Shown here piece after piece: positions 21,734 through 32,430 of a stretch of DNA of 64,000 bases. Source of the DNA: Escherichia coli (lineage in GTDB: Bacteria; Pseudomonadota; Gammaproteobacteria; Enterobacterales; Enterobacteriaceae); the NCBI RefSeq assembly GCF_003334305.1, contig NZ_QOWS01000003.1; one strand, written 5' to 3'. Position 1 is the first letter of the stretch. Every line of letters starts with the position of its first letter. Position numbers and translations under genes: made by a program. The notes under the pieces were generated by a model. The model saw nothing but the letters and a program-made list of their open reading frames with translations, did not search any database and was not told where the DNA came from.

Positions 21734-22459
21734 ATGTTGCCAGGATGCTGCAAAAATGGAATTGTTATCAGTAAAATACCTGTTATGCAAGCAGGGTTAA
21801 AAGAGGTCATGAGGACTCACTTCCCTGAATATGAAATAATATCCAGCGCCTCTGCGGAGGACCTTACCTTATTACAATTACGTCGTTCCGGATTAGTCAT
21901 TGCTGATTTAGCCGGTGAAAGTGAAGATCCTCGTTCTGTTTGTGAACATTATTATTCTTTAATCTCACAATATCGGGAAATTCACTGGGTTTTCATGGTG
22001 TCACGCTCCTGGTATTCCCAGGCAGTAGAATTGCTCATGTGCCCTACGGCGACGTTATTGTCTGATGTTGAACCCATTGAGAATCTGGTCAAGACCGTAC
22101 GTTCCGGCAATACGCACGCAGAGCGTATCAGCGCCATGCTGACCTCTCCGGCAATGAATGAAACTCATGATTTTAGCTATCGCTCCGTCATTCTCACTCT
22201 TTCAGAGCGCAAGGTACTGCGGCTATTAGGTAAAGGATGGGGCATCAACCAGATAGCTTCGTTGCTTAAGAAAAGTAATAAAACTATCAGCGCCCAAAAA
22301 AACAGTGCGATGCGTCGACTGGCAATTCACAGCAACGCTGAAATGTATGCATGGATAAATAGCGCGCAGGGTGCAAGAGAACTTAACTTGCCTTCTGTTT
22401 ATGGAGATGCCGCAGAATGGAACACAGCCGAATTAAGAAGAGAAATGTCGCACTCATAG
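21734..22459 (+). CDS. yjjQ: LuxR/FixJ-type transcriptional regulator
   Basis: 241-aa ORF with C-terminal LuxR HTH (…[23 protein letters not shown]…). Confidence 0.9.
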   Translation: MLPGCCKNGIVISKIPVMQAGLKEVMRTHFPEYEIISSASAEDLTLLQLRRSGLVIADLAGESEDPRSVCEHYYSLISQYREIHWVFMVSRSWYSQAVELLMCPTATLLSDVEPIENLVKTVRSGNTHAERISAMLTSPAMNETHDFSYRSVILTLSERKVLRLLGKGWGINQIASLLKKSNKTISAQKNSAMRRLAIHSNAEMYAWINSAQGARELNLPSVYGDAAEWNTAELRREMSHS

Positions 22460-23094
22460 AAAAATGCGTCATGAGCAGTATCGGTATTGAGAGTTTATTC
22501 AGAAAGTTTGCGGGTAACCCTTATAAGCTCCATACCTATACCAGTCAGGAGTCATTTCAGGATGCCATGTCGCGGATCTCATTTGCGGCGGTCATTTTTT
22601 CTTTTTCTGCCATGAGAAGTGAGCGCAGAGAGGGATTATCTTGCCTGACTGAACTGGCGATTAAGTTTCCGCGTACCCGGCGTTTAGTTATTGCGGATGA
22701 TGATATTGAAGCTCGGCTGATTGGTTCATTGTCGCCATCACCGCTGGACGGTGTATTAAGTAAAGCGTCAACGCTGGAGATTTTTCATCAGGAACTCTTT
22801 TTGTCATTAAATGGTGTACGTCAGGCGACCGACCGACTGAACAATCAGTGGTACATTAACCAAAGCCGGACGCTAAGCCCGACGGAGAGAGAAATATTGC
22901 GCTTTATGTCGCGTGGCTACTCAATGACACAAATTGCCGAGCAGCTTAAACGCAATATCAAAACGATCCGTGCACATAAATTTAATGTGATGTCGAAACT
23001 GGGCGTCAGTTCTGATGCAGGGTTGTTGGAGGCCGCAGATATTCTGTTATGTATGCGGCATTGCGAAGCAAGTAATGTGTTGCATCCCTATTAA
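22417..23094 (+). CDS. bglJ: LuxR-type transcriptional activator of bgl
   Basis: 225-aa ORF; start overlaps yjjQ 3-prime end by 43 nt; C-terminal LuxR HTH. Confidence 0.9.
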   Translation: MEHSRIKKRNVALIEKCVMSSIGIESLFRKFAGNPYKLHTYTSQESFQDAMSRISFAAVIFSFSAMRSERREGLSCLTELAIKFPRTRRLVIADDDIEARLIGSLSPSPLDGVLSKASTLEIFHQELFLSLNGVRQATDRLNNQWYINQSRTLSPTEREILRFMSRGYSMTQIAEQLKRNIKTIRAHKFNVMSKLGVSSDAGLLEAADILLCMRHCEASNVLHPY

Positions 23095-23131
23095 TCCGCA
23101 TGATGCCGGGTTTACTTCCCCGGCAGTGCTT

Positions 23132-23920
23132 TCATTTCAGCGTACAATCGCCACATTGCTGCACATCCGGTAAGCGATAACGCTGGCAGCAGGTCCGGCG
23201 CACCAGCAGGCCGTCGCGTAGCACCACGGTACGCCAGAGTGGATTATCTTCACCGGTAGTAAGCGTTTTCTCAAAAAAGAGGGCATGGCGCAGCGATTCA
23301 ACCGTCGCCTCGCCGAGCAGTTGCTTCATCTCAGTAAGATACCAGTTGATCAAATAACCGGTATTACTCCAGATAAGTTTGCCGTTGATCTCTCCGGTCG
23401 CTTCTAGTGCCTGCACAACCGGAACCAGCGCCTGGCTGATTAACCTTTCCATTCGCTGCTGCGGCGAATGTGGTGTTGCGTTTTTATCTTCACACACATC
23501 GACCCAGAAACAGGCGGCACGGCCGGTTTCGTGAAACTCAGCATGGAAATGTTCCGGCGACACATCTAATGCCTTTTCCTGCGTCAGTAGCGCCAGCATT
23601 AATGGTGGCACCATCAGGCCGATATACCATTGTGCCCATAGTGAGATCAGCGGTTTGTTCTCGCGGATCATCGTTGGTTGGTTGCGATAGATATGATCGG
23701 AATAGACCGCGAGTAGAGAACTTAGCGCATTCGGTGATGACCATTGCGCCAGCGTCATGGCGTTAAGCGGAGCGGGTTCATCCAGGCGGATAAACTCCAG
23801 CAAATGTTCACGATGTTCGGCGATCGTCGCACGTACGGCTTGTGCAAGCCCAGCATCCTGTGGCTGGAGATGCGTTCGCCAGATAACATCTTCATAGAGC
23901 GGTGCGGAACGATAGGCCAT
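23132..23920 (-). CDS. fhuF: ferric-siderophore reductase (2Fe-2S)
   Basis: 262-aa ORF ending in C-C-x10-C-x2-C cysteine cluster. Confidence 0.9.
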   Translation of the reverse strand: MAYRSAPLYEDVIWRTHLQPQDAGLAQAVRATIAEHREHLLEFIRLDEPAPLNAMTLAQWSSPNALSSLLAVYSDHIYRNQPTMIRENKPLISLWAQWYIGLMVPPLMLALLTQEKALDVSPEHFHAEFHETGRAACFWVDVCEDKNATPHSPQQRMERLISQALVPVVQALEATGEINGKLIWSNTGYLINWYLTEMKQLLGEATVESLRHALFFEKTLTTGEDNPLWRTVVLRDGLLVRRTCCQRYRLPDVQQCGDCTLK

Positions 23921-23939
23921 AATCGGGATAGTAATCTAA

Positions 23940-24045
23940 ATGATAATGATTGCTAATCCTAGCGATAGGTTTACCCGATAGCAAGGGATTTCTCTGGCTT
24001 GCAAATGATAAAAATTATCATATGATATTGGTTTTCATTATCAAT
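23940..24045. promoter_or_regulatory. Fur boxes in divergent fhuF/yjjZ promoter region
   Basis: GATAATGATTGCTAATC (23942-23958) and AATGATAAAAATTATCAT (24004-24021) resemble the Fur consensus GATAATGATAATCATTATC. Confidence 0.6.
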
Positions 24046-24060
24046 GAAAGAGATGAAACC

Positions 24061-24297
24061 ATGTTGCAACGTACGCTGGGCAGTGGCTGGGGAGTGTTGC
24101 TGCCAGGATTGCTGATTGCAGGGCTGATGTATGCGGATTTATCACCGGATCAGTGGCGGATTGTCATTCTGATGGGATTAGTATTGACGTCGGTGATGCT
24201 GTATCACAAACAGTTACGGCATTACGTTTTGCTACCATCGTGCCTGGCGCTTATTGCTGCCATCATGCTGATGATAATGAATTTGAATCAGGGATGA
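24061..24297 (+). CDS. yjjZ: small membrane protein
   Basis: 78 aa from MLQRTLGSGWGVLLPGLLIAGL…; ORF-track start is an upstream extension. Confidence 0.75.
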   Translation: MLQRTLGSGWGVLLPGLLIAGLMYADLSPDQWRIVILMGLVLTSVMLYHKQLRHYVLLPSCLALIAAIMLMIMNLNQG

Positions 24298-24335
24298 AAA
24301 ATCAAGGAAGAAACAAGAAAGGAAGTAAAGATAAT

Positions 24336-24422
24336 TGGTGCGAGGGGGGGGACTTGAACCCCCACGTCCGTAAGGACACTAACACCTGAAGCTAGCGCGT
24401 CTACCAATTCCGCCACCTTCGC
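24336..24422 (-). tRNA. leuV: tRNA-Leu (anticodon CAG)
   Basis: Reverse complement reads GCGAAGGTGGCGGAATTGGTAGACGCGCTAGCTTCAGGTGTTAGTGTCCTTACGGACGTGGGGGTTCAAGTCCCCCCCCTCGCACCA, 87 nt with long variable arm and encoded CCA. Confidence 0.92.
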
Positions 24423-24463
24423 ATACCATCAATTCTTAAAAAGAATTGCTACCACGGAGGCGC

Positions 24464-24491
24464 ATTCTAGTGGTTTTCAGCTTTTCGTCAA
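24464..24491 (-). promoter_or_regulatory. Sigma-70 promoter for tRNA-Leu
   Basis: On minus strand TTGACG-N16-TAGAAT followed by GC-rich discriminator GCGCCTCC, with A/T-rich UP-like sequence upstream; typical stringently controlled stable-RNA promoter. Confidence 0.6.
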
Positions 24492-24547
24492 TAGTTAATT
24501 ATCGCCGGAGGTGTAATTGCTGGAAAAATGTCCATCAGGAAACTAGC

Positions 24548-24710
<163 letters not shown>

Positions 24711-24722
24711 TCGGCGGGATAC

Positions 24723-25754
24723 TTAACCTTTCTTCGCCTGGCGGGTCATAATGGCGCGATACACCTTGAAGCGCCCGGTTTGCGCGATAACTTCATGGAA
24801 GCCAAATGTCTCATCCAGCACGTCCGGGTAAGGCAGGAAGGCGTTCGCTACAATTCGCAGCTCGCCGCCGCTATTAAGATGACGCACCGCGCCGCGAATC
24901 AGCGTTTGCGCCGCATCCAGGCTGGTTTGCATCCCATCGTGGAACGGCGGGTTGGAGATGATCATATCAAAACGACCTTTCACCTCGGAAAAGACGTTGC
25001 TGGCAAAGACTTCACCTTCAACACAGTTGGCCGCAAGTGTTGCGCGGCTGGCTTCTACCGCTGGCGCAGAGACATCGCACAAGGTGAGACGAATTTTCGG
25101 CGAATGGCGCGCAAAGGCAACTGAAAGCACCCCCGCGCCACAGCCGACATCCAGCACTTTACCTTTCGTGTGCGGAGTTAACGTCGAGAGCAGCAACTGG
25201 CTACCGACATCCAGACCGTCGCGGCTAAACACGCCAGGCAGCGTTTTGACCGTCAGGCCATCGACGCTGTATTCGCCCCAGAATTTATCGGCATCAAATA
25301 CCGGCTGTTTTTCCAGACGACCAAAATAGAGGCCACAGCGACGAGCGCTGTCGACTTTATTCAACGGCGCATAATCTGCCAGCATCTGCTCGGCGCTGCG
25401 CACGCCGCTGCGGTTCTCGCCAACGACAAAAATATCCGTCCCCACCGGCAGCAGAGAAAGTAAATTCATCAACTGGAACTGGGCTTCCGGTTTGTTCTTC
25501 GGCCAGTAGTAAATCAGCGTATCGCAATCTGCGACGTCATCCGCCGTGGCGACCAGACTGAAACGGGCGTTATCCCCCATCTGGCGGCTTAATACCTGCC
25601 AGTGGTGGAATTGCTGGGTATGAGCACGGCTGGCCGCGGTATCTAAACGCGCGGGCAGGTCATCCTGTAAGTCTCCGGCAAACAGAATACGGCTTTGTTC
25701 GAAATCATCACTGTGACGCAGCAAGACTTCACTTGCCGGGGTAAATGCAGACAT
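24723..25754 (-). CDS. rsmC: 16S rRNA (guanine1207-N2)-methyltransferase
   Basis: 343-aa ORF with SAM-binding motif (…[12 protein letters not shown]…NPPFH…). Confidence 0.9.
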
Positions 25755-25856
25755 GGAATGCTCCTCAATTGATACTGGCGGCGATTATAGCCATATGTTG
25801 GCGCGGTATCGACGAATTTGCTATATTTGCGCCCCTGACAACAGGAGCGATTCGCT

Positions 25857-26270
25857 ATGACATCCCGACGAGACTGGCAGTTACAGCAACTGGGCATTAC
25901 CCAGTGGTCGCTGCGTCGCCCTGGCGCGTTGCAGGGGGAGATTGCCATTGCGATCCCGGCACACGTCCGTCTGGTGATGGTGGCAAACGATCTTCCCGCC
26001 CTGACTGATCCTTTAGTGAGCGATGTTCTGCGCGCATTAACCGTCAGCCCCGACCAGGTGCTGCAACTGACGCCAGAAAAAATCGCGATGCTGCCGCAAG
26101 GCAGTCGCTGCAACAGCTGGCGGTTGGGTACTGACGAACCGCTATCACTGGAAGGCGCTCAGGTGGCATCACCGGCGCTCACCGATTTACGGGCAAACCC
26201 AACGGCACGCGCCGCGTTATGGCAACAAATTTGCACATATGAACACGATTTCTTCCCTCGAAACGACTGA
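25857..26270 (+). CDS. holD: DNA polymerase III psi subunit
   Basis: 137-aa ORF MTSRRDWQLQQLGITQWSLRRP…. Confidence 0.9.
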   Translation: MTSRRDWQLQQLGITQWSLRRPGALQGEIAIAIPAHVRLVMVANDLPALTDPLVSDVLRALTVSPDQVLQLTPEKIAMLPQGSRCNSWRLGTDEPLSLEGAQVASPALTDLRANPTARAALWQQICTYEHDFFPRND

Positions 26271-26685
26271 TTTACCGGCGGCTTACCACATTGAACAACG
26301 CGCCCACGCCTTTCCGTGGAGTGAAAAAACCTTTGCCAGCAACCAGGGCGAGCGTTATCTCAACTTTCAGTTAACGCAAAACGGCAAAATGGCGGCGTTT
26401 GCGATTACGCAAGTGGTGCTGGATGAAGCTACATTGTTCAATATTGCGGTCGATCCTGACTATCAGCGTCAGGGATTGGGAAGGGCGCTGCTGGAACATC
26501 TGATCGACGAACTGGAAAAACGCGGCGTGGCGACACTATGGCTGGAAGTCCGTGCTTCAAACGCTGCCGCCATTGCCCTGTACGAAAGTTTAGGCTTTAA
26601 CGAGGCGACGATTCGCCGCAATTACTACCCCACCACGGACGGTCGCGAAGACGCCATCATCATGGCGTTGCCAATCAGTATGTAA
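26239..26685 (+). CDS. rimI: ribosomal protein S18 alanine N-acetyltransferase (GNAT)
   Basis: 148-aa GNAT ORF overlapping holD 3-prime end by 32 nt. Confidence 0.9.
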   Translation: MNTISSLETTDLPAAYHIEQRAHAFPWSEKTFASNQGERYLNFQLTQNGKMAAFAITQVVLDEATLFNIAVDPDYQRQGLGRALLEHLIDELEKRGVATLWLEVRASNAAAIALYESLGFNEATIRRNYYPTTDGREDAIIMALPISM

Positions 26686-26699
26686 GACAAGGTGGAATA

Positions 26700-27377
26700 A
26701 TGAAGTGGGACTGGATTTTCTTTGATGCCGATGAAACGCTGTTTACCTTTGACTCATTCACCGGCCTGCAGCGGATGTTTCTTGATTACAGCGTCACCTT
26801 TACCGCTGAAGATTTTCAGGACTATCAGGCCGTTAACAAGCCACTGTGGGTGGATTATCAAAACGGCGCGATCACTTCATTACAGCTTCAGCACGGGCGT
26901 TTTGAGAGCTGGGCCGAACGGCTGAAAGTTGAAGCAGGCTTGCTTAACGATGCCTTTATTAATGCGATGGCGGAAATCTGCACGCCGCTGCCGGGCGCGG
27001 TTTCTCTGCTTAACGCCATTCGTGGCAACGCCAAAATCGGCATCATCACCAACGGCTTTAGCGCCTTGCAGCAAGTGCGTCTGGAACGCACGGGCCTGCG
27101 TGATTACTTCGATTTGCTGGTGATTTCCGAAGAAGTTGGCGTTGCCAAACCGAATAAGAAAATTTTCGATTATGCGCTGGAACAGGCGGGCAATCCTGAC
27201 CGTTCACGCGTGCTGATGGTTGGCGACACTGCCGAGTCCGATATTCTCGGTGGCATCAACGCCGGGCTTGCGACCTGCTGGCTGAATGCGCACCATCGCG
27301 AGCAACCAGAAGGCATCGCGCCCACCTGGACCGTTTCTTCGTTGCACGAACTGGAGCAGCTCCTGTGTAAACACTGA
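26700..27377 (+). CDS. yjjG: pyrimidine 5-prime-nucleotidase, HAD family
   Basis: 225-aa ORF with HAD motif I (FFDADETL). Confidence 0.9.
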   Translation: MKWDWIFFDADETLFTFDSFTGLQRMFLDYSVTFTAEDFQDYQAVNKPLWVDYQNGAITSLQLQHGRFESWAERLKVEAGLLNDAFINAMAEICTPLPGAVSLLNAIRGNAKIGIITNGFSALQQVRLERTGLRDYFDLLVISEEVGVAKPNKKIFDYALEQAGNPDRSRVLMVGDTAESDILGGINAGLATCWLNAHHREQPEGIAPTWTVSSLHELEQLLCKH

Positions 27378-27467
27378 TTGCCTCCCCCCCGTTGATGGGT
27401 AAAATAGCCGCAATTTTTCGTTTTCAACAAGCGCGGCGCGATGCCGCTTACTCAAGAAGAAAGAATT

Positions 27468-29057
27468 ATGACGTTGTCTCCTTATTTGCAAGAGGTGGCG
27501 AAGCGCCGCACTTTTGCCATTATTTCTCACCCGGATGCCGGTAAGACTACCATCACCGAGAAGGTGCTGCTGTTCGGACAGGCCATTCAGACCGCCGGTA
27601 CAGTAAAAGGCCGTGGTTCCAACCAGCACGCTAAGTCGGACTGGATGGAGATGGAAAAGCAGCGTGGGATCTCCATTACTACGTCTGTGATGCAGTTTCC
27701 GTATCACGATTGCCTGGTTAACCTGCTCGACACCCCGGGGCACGAAGACTTCTCGGAAGATACCTATCGTACCCTGACGGCGGTGGACTGCTGCCTGATG
27801 GTTATCGACGCTGCAAAAGGTGTTGAAGATCGTACCCGTAAGCTGATGGAAGTTACCCGTCTGCGCGACACGCCGATCCTCACCTTTATGAACAAACTTG
27901 ACCGTGATATCCGCGACCCGATGGAACTGCTCGATGAAGTTGAGAACGAGCTGAAAATCGGCTGCGCACCGATCACATGGCCGATTGGCTGCGGCAAGCT
28001 GTTTAAAGGCGTTTACCACCTTTATAAAGACGAAACCTATCTCTATCAGAGCGGTAAAGGCCACACGATTCAGGAAGTCCGTATTGTTAAAGGGCTGAAT
28101 AACCCGGATCTCGACGCTGCGGTTGGTGAAGATCTGGCACAGCAGCTACGTGACGAACTGGAACTGGTGAAAGGCGCGTCTAACGAGTTCGACAAAGAAC
28201 TGTTCCTTGCGGGCGAAATCACTCCGGTATTCTTCGGTACTGCGCTGGGTAACTTCGGTGTTGATCATATGCTGGATGGCCTGGTGGAGTGGGCTCCTGC
28301 GCCGATGCCGCGTCAGACTGATACCCGTACCGTAGAGGCGAGCGAAGACAAATTTACCGGCTTCGTATTTAAAATTCAGGCCAACATGGACCCGAAACAC
28401 CGCGACCGCGTGGCGTTTATGCGCGTAGTATCCGGTAAATATGAAAAAGGCATGAAGCTGCGCCAGGTGCGTACTGCGAAAGATGTGGTTATCTCCGACG
28501 CGCTGACCTTTATGGCGGGCGACCGTTCGCACGTTGAAGAAGCGTATCCGGGCGATATCCTCGGCCTGCACAACCACGGCACTATTCAGATCGGCGACAC
28601 CTTTACCCAGGGTGAGATGATGAAGTTCACCGGTATTCCGAACTTCGCACCAGAACTGTTCCGTCGTATCCGCCTGAAAGATCCGCTGAAGCAAAAACAG
28701 CTGCTCAAAGGGCTGGTACAGCTTTCCGAAGAGGGCGCGGTGCAGGTGTTCCGTCCGATCTCCAACAACGATTTGATCGTTGGTGCTGTTGGTGTGCTGC
28801 AGTTTGATGTGGTGGTATCGCGCCTGAAGAGCGAATACAACGTTGAAGCAGTATATGAATCAGTCAACGTTGCCACTGCCCGCTGGGTAGAATGTGCGGA
28901 CGCGAAGAAATTCGAAGAGTTCAAGCGTAAGAACGAAAGCCAACTGGCGCTTGATGGCGGCGATAACCTCGCTTACATCGCTACCAGCATGGTCAACCTG
29001 CGCCTGGCGCAGGAACGTTATCCCGACGTTCAGTTCCACCAGACCCGCGAGCATTAA
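27468..29057 (+). CDS. prfC: peptide chain release factor 3 (GTPase)
   Basis: 529 aa from [28 protein letters not shown]…; G-domain motifs. Confidence 0.95.
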
Positions 29058-29449
29058 TTCTTGCCTCCAGGGCGCGGTAGCCGCTGCGCCCTGTCAATTT
29101 CCCTTCCTTATTAGCCGCTTACGGAATGTTCTTAAAACATTCACTTTTGCTTATGTTTTCGCTGATATCCCGAGCGGTTTCAAAATTGTGAACTATATTT
29201 AACAAAGTAATGACATTTCTGACGGCGTTAAATACCGTTCAATGCGTAGATATCAGTATCTAAAGCCGTCGATTGTCATTCTACCGATATTAATAACTGA
29301 TTCAGAGGCTGTAATGGTCGTTATTCATCACCCATCGCTTTTGTGATGGCGACCATTGACTTCTGTAGAGGGTGAAGTCTCTCCCTATTCAGCAATGCAA
29401 CCTCGTGTTGCCAGGCTCAAATTACGAGCAAACATACAGGAATAAATCG

Positions 29450-30055
29450 ATGACTATGACAAGACTGAAGATTTCGAAAACTCTGCTGGCTGTAATGTTG
29501 ACCTCTGCCGTCGCGACCGGCTCTGCCTACGCGGAAAACAACGCACAGACTACCAATGAAAGCGCAGGGCAAAAAGTCGATAGCTCTATGAATAAAGTCG
29601 GTAATTTCATGGATGACAGCGCCATCACCGCGAAAGTGAAGGCGGCGCTGGTGGATCATGACAACATCAAGAGCACCGATATCTCTGTCAAAACCGATCA
29701 AAAAGTCGTGACCCTGAGCGGTTTCGTTGAAAGCCAGGCTCAGGCCGAAGAGGCAGTGAAAGTGGCGAAAGGCGTTGAAGGGGTGACCTCTGTCAGCGAC
29801 AAACTGCACGTTCGCGACGCTAAAGAAGGCTCGGTGAAGGGCTACGCGGGTGACACCGCCACCACCAGTGAAATCAAAGCCAAACTGCTGGCGGACGATA
29901 TCGTCCCTTCCCGTCATGTGAAAGTTGAAACCACCGACGGCGTGGTTCAGCTCTCCGGTACCGTCGATTCCCAGGCACAGAGCGACCGTGCTGAAAGTAT
30001 CGCCAAAGCGGTAGATGGTGTGAAAAGCGTTAAAAATGATCTGAAAACTAAGTAA
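29450..30055 (+). CDS. osmY: osmotically inducible periplasmic protein, two BON domains
   Basis: 201 aa from [28 protein letters not shown] (signal peptide); AGGA ribosome-binding site. Confidence 0.9.
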
Positions 30056-30070
30056 TTCGTCGTAATTCGT

Positions 30071-30092
30071 CCTCCCGAACTTTGTCGGGAGG
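30071..30092 (+). terminator. Hairpin downstream of osmY
   Basis: CCTCCCGA…TCGGGAGG inverted repeat just after osmY stop; no clear T-run. Confidence 0.4.
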
Positions 30093-30181
30093 CGCGATGT
30101 GCACCACACTAAAAATATCGCATTGAGTGATTTTCACGCTCATATCAAGCGGTGACATTAACTATGGTAAAGGAGACGCTT

Positions 30182-30343
30182 ATGTTTCGTTGGGGCATCA
30201 TATTTCTGGTTATCGCGTTAATCGCCGCCGCACTTGGGTTTGGTGGTCTGGCCGGTACCGCTGCAGGCGCAGCTAAAATTGTCTTTGTCGTCGGGATTAT
30301 TCTGTTCCTGGTGAGTTTGTTCATGGGCCGAAAACGACCCTAG
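30182..30343 (+). CDS. ytjA: small membrane protein, DUF1328 family
   Basis: 53 aa from [22 protein letters not shown]…; AAGGAGA ribosome-binding site. Confidence 0.8.
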
Positions 30344-30373
30344 ATTTCAGACCATTAAGAAAATTTTATCCAA

Positions 30374-30405
30374 AGCCAGTCCAGCGGACTGGCTTTTGCG
30401 GTTTT
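30374..30405 (+). terminator. Rho-independent terminator after ytjA
   Basis: AGCCAGTCC-agc-GGACTGGCT stem followed by TTTTGCGGTTTT. Confidence 0.6.
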
Positions 30406-30464
30406 AGCGAATAATAAATTGCGTTACTTTGTCATTCTTTCACAACAAAAACAGGAAGGCAGAG

Positions 30465-31538
30465 GTGGGGCAGCGAATACCTGTAACGCTTGGTAATATT
30501 GCGCCGTTGTCGCTAAGGCCGTTCCAGCCTGGACGAATAGCTCTGGTGTGCGAAGGCGGCGGACAGCGTGGAATTTTCACGGCTGGCGTGCTGGATGAGT
30601 TTATGCGCGCGCAGTTTAATCCTTTCGATCTTTATCTCGGCACATCTGCCGGGGCGCAGAACCTCTCGGCGTATATCTGCAATCAGCCCGGTTACGCGCG
30701 CAAAGTCATCATGCGCTATACCACAAAACGCGAATTTTTCGATCCATTGCGCTTTGTCCGTGGAGGAAATCTTATCGATCTCGACTGGCTGGTGGAGGCC
30801 ACCGCAAGTCAGATGCCGTTGCAAATGGATACCGCCGCGCGGTTGTTTGACAGCGGCAAATCGTTTTATATGTGCGCCTGTCGTCAGGATGACTACGCGC
30901 CGAATTACTTTTTACCAACCAAACAAAACTGGCTGGATGTGATTCGCGCCTCCAGTGCGATACCTGGCTTTTATCGTAGCGGAGTGTCGCTGGAAGGCAT
31001 TAACTACCTGGATGGCGGGATCAGTGATGCGATTCCGGTTAAAGAGGCGGCAAGGCAGGGCGCTAAAACGTTGGTCGTCATCCGCACTGTGCCGTCACAA
31101 ATGTACTACACGCCGCAGTGGTTCAAACGCATGGAACGCTGGCTGGGTGACAGTAGCCTGCAGCCGCTGGTCAATCTGGTGCAGCATCATGAAACCAGCT
31201 ATCGTGACATTCAGCAATTTATTGAGAAACCACCGGGCAAGCTGCGGATATTCGAAATTTATCCACCGAAGCCATTACATAGTATCGCGCTTGGCAGTCG
31301 GATTCCGGCGCTGCGTGAAGACTATAAACTTGGGCGTTTATGCGGTCGTTATTTCCTCGCCACGGTTGGCAAGCTATTAACTGAAAAAGCGCCGCTTACC
31401 CGCCATCTGGTGCCAGTGGTGACGCCGGAATCGATCGTTATTCCGCCTGCGCCAGTCGCCAACGATACGCTGGTTGCCGAAGTGAGCGATGCTCCGCAGG
31501 CGAACGACCCGACATTTAACAATGAGGATCTGGCTTGA
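30465..31538 (+). CDS. yjjU: patatin-like phospholipase family protein
   Basis: 357 aa from GTG (MGQRIPVTLGN…); GGxR oxyanion motif and GTSAG serine lipase motif. Confidence 0.85.
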   Translation: MGQRIPVTLGNIAPLSLRPFQPGRIALVCEGGGQRGIFTAGVLDEFMRAQFNPFDLYLGTSAGAQNLSAYICNQPGYARKVIMRYTTKREFFDPLRFVRGGNLIDLDWLVEATASQMPLQMDTAARLFDSGKSFYMCACRQDDYAPNYFLPTKQNWLDVIRASSAIPGFYRSGVSLEGINYLDGGISDAIPVKEAARQGAKTLVVIRTVPSQMYYTPQWFKRMERWLGDSSLQPLVNLVQHHETSYRDIQQFIEKPPGKLRIFEIYPPKPLHSIALGSRIPALREDYKLGRLCGRYFLATVGKLLTEKAPLTRHLVPVVTPESIVIPPAPVANDTLVAEVSDAPQANDPTFNNEDLA

Positions 31539-32317
31539 TTTGCCGTTTTATCGATACCCACTGCCATTTTGATTTCCCGCCGTTTAGTGGCGATGAAGAG
31601 GCCAGCCTGCAACGCGCGGCACAAGCGGGCGTAGGCAAGATCATTGTTCCGGCGACAGAGGCGGAAAATTTTGCCCGCGTGCAGGCGTTAGCGGAAAAAT
31701 ATCAACCGCTTTATGCCGCATTGGGGTTGCATCCGGGGATGTTGGAAAAACATAGCGATGTGTCTCTTGATCAGCTACAGCAGGCGCTGGAAAGGCGTCC
31801 GGCGAAGGTGGTGGCGGTGGGGGAGATCGGTCTGGATCTCTTCGGCGACGATCCGCAATTTGAGAGGCAGCAGTGGTTACTCGACGAACAGCTGAAACTG
31901 GCGAAACGCTACGATCTGCCGGTGATCCTTCATTCCCGGCGCACACACGACAAACTGGCGATGCATCTTAAACGCCACGATTTATCGCGCACTGGCGTGG
32001 TTCACGGTTTTTCCGGCAGCCTGCAACAGGCCGAACGGTTTGTACAGCTGGGCTACAAAATCGGCGTAGGCGGTACTATCACCTATCCACGCGCCAGTAA
32101 AACCCGCGATGTCATCGCAAAATTACCGCTGGCATCGTTGTTGCTGGAAACCGACGCGCCGGATATGCCGCTCAATGGTTTTCAGGGGCAGGCTAACCGC
32201 CCGGAACAGGCCGCCCGGGTATTTGCCGTGCTGTGCGAGTTGCGCTCGGAACCGGCGGATGAGATTGCCGAAGTGTTGCTTAATAATACGTATGCGGTGT
32301 TTAGCGTTAGTGGGTAG
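31535..32317 (+). CDS. yjjV: TatD-family metal-dependent DNase/hydrolase
   Basis: 260-aa ORF with TTG start overlapping yjjU stop; DTHCH motif. Confidence 0.85.
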   Translation: MICRFIDTHCHFDFPPFSGDEEASLQRAAQAGVGKIIVPATEAENFARVQALAEKYQPLYAALGLHPGMLEKHSDVSLDQLQQALERRPAKVVAVGEIGLDLFGDDPQFERQQWLLDEQLKLAKRYDLPVILHSRRTHDKLAMHLKRHDLSRTGVVHGFSGSLQQAERFVQLGYKIGVGGTITYPRASKTRDVIAKLPLASLLLETDAPDMPLNGFQGQANRPEQAARVFAVLCELRSEPADEIAEVLLNNTYAVFSVSG

Positions 32318-32321
32318 TTTG

Positions 32322-32430
32322 CCCTTCGTAGGCAGCATCCGGCAGTCGGCGCATAATGCCTGATGCGACGCTTGTCGCGTCTTATCATGCCTACAGGTTT
32401 GTGCCGAACCGTAGGCCGTATCCGGCATGT
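32322..32430. repeat. BIME: REP units
   Basis: GCCTGATGCGACGCTTGTCGCGTCTTATCATGCCTAC flanked by two CGTAGGC…ATCCGGCA units between yjjV and yjjW. Confidence 0.75.

Noticed and set aside
27204-28064. 286-aa minus-strand ORF
   Set aside because: Antisense to prfC; no support as a separate gene.
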